A stretch of 60,554 bases of DNA, the filler included, from Squatina squatina (Eukaryota), in the NCBI GenBank assembly GCA_031763465.1. It is 4 parts of 4 records of this genome, joined end to end, with 100 filler letters (N's around TTAATTAATTAA, not from the genome) between each part and the next. Parts side by side here need not be neighbours in the genome. Positions count along the whole stretch, not along the records: positions 47,290 to 60,554 come from JARFOE010000235.1; 3 more parts are not named here. One strand, 5' to 3'. Both the position numbers and the translations under genes were made by a program. This document shows positions 60,324 through 60,554 of this stretch, one piece after another (within the stretch, counting starts at the first letter, position 1; each line of letters begins with the position of its first letter). Below the pieces are notes generated by a model. It worked only from the letters and a program-made list of their open reading frames with translations, had not been told where the DNA came from and ran no database searches.

Positions 60324-60554
60324 CTGACCGTGAAGAAAAAAACAAGAAATCACATTTGCGATGTTCAACCAAGGGTGTTTTATCTATGGTTCAGGAATGG
60401 GTGTTCTAAAAGTTAAATTCCATTATTTGATCATGTCGGAGATATTCTGAACCCTTTTCCATATATCTGAGGATGATATGGTGATATTGTACTATTGCTT
60501 TTGCGTTAATGCAATATAGAAACCGTGAGATCAGTCTTAGCCACACCGTCATAA

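Overview
This is eukaryotic (vertebrate) DNA, most likely from a cartilaginous fish, judged by its CR1, L2, Deu-SINE and Penelope-type repeats and its vertebrate exons. It is not one contiguous locus. Short contigs are joined by N-gaps (mostly 100 N), and an artificial N-TTAATTAATTAA-N linker at 15787, 30523 and 47234 splits the window into four blocks. Block 1 resembles human 11q23: BCO2, TEX12, a glucuronokinase (gkup-like) gene, an IL10RA-like tail and a giant DUF4585 (PROB1/C4orf54-like) exon. Block 2 resembles 20q11: E2F1, PXMP4, and ID1 with its BMP-response element. Block 3 resembles chromosome 12: SYT10, UTP20, SLC17A8 and FGFR1OP2, plus GALNT16-like and DUSP11 exons. Block 4 resembles 17q21: an AOC3-like gene, G6PC, AARSD1 and PTGES3L, plus a CERS5/6-like last exon. 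Most exons were delimited by hand from AG/GT sites, and gene names come from recalled protein motifs, not database searches. I found no clearly new multi-gene system. The best leads are a 34-aa tandem repeat array with an in-frame stop in the DUF4585 protein, an AOC3-like exon with no visible start and an internal TGA, a possible extra CERS ohnolog, a retained glucuronokinase, and conserved ID1 Smad elements.
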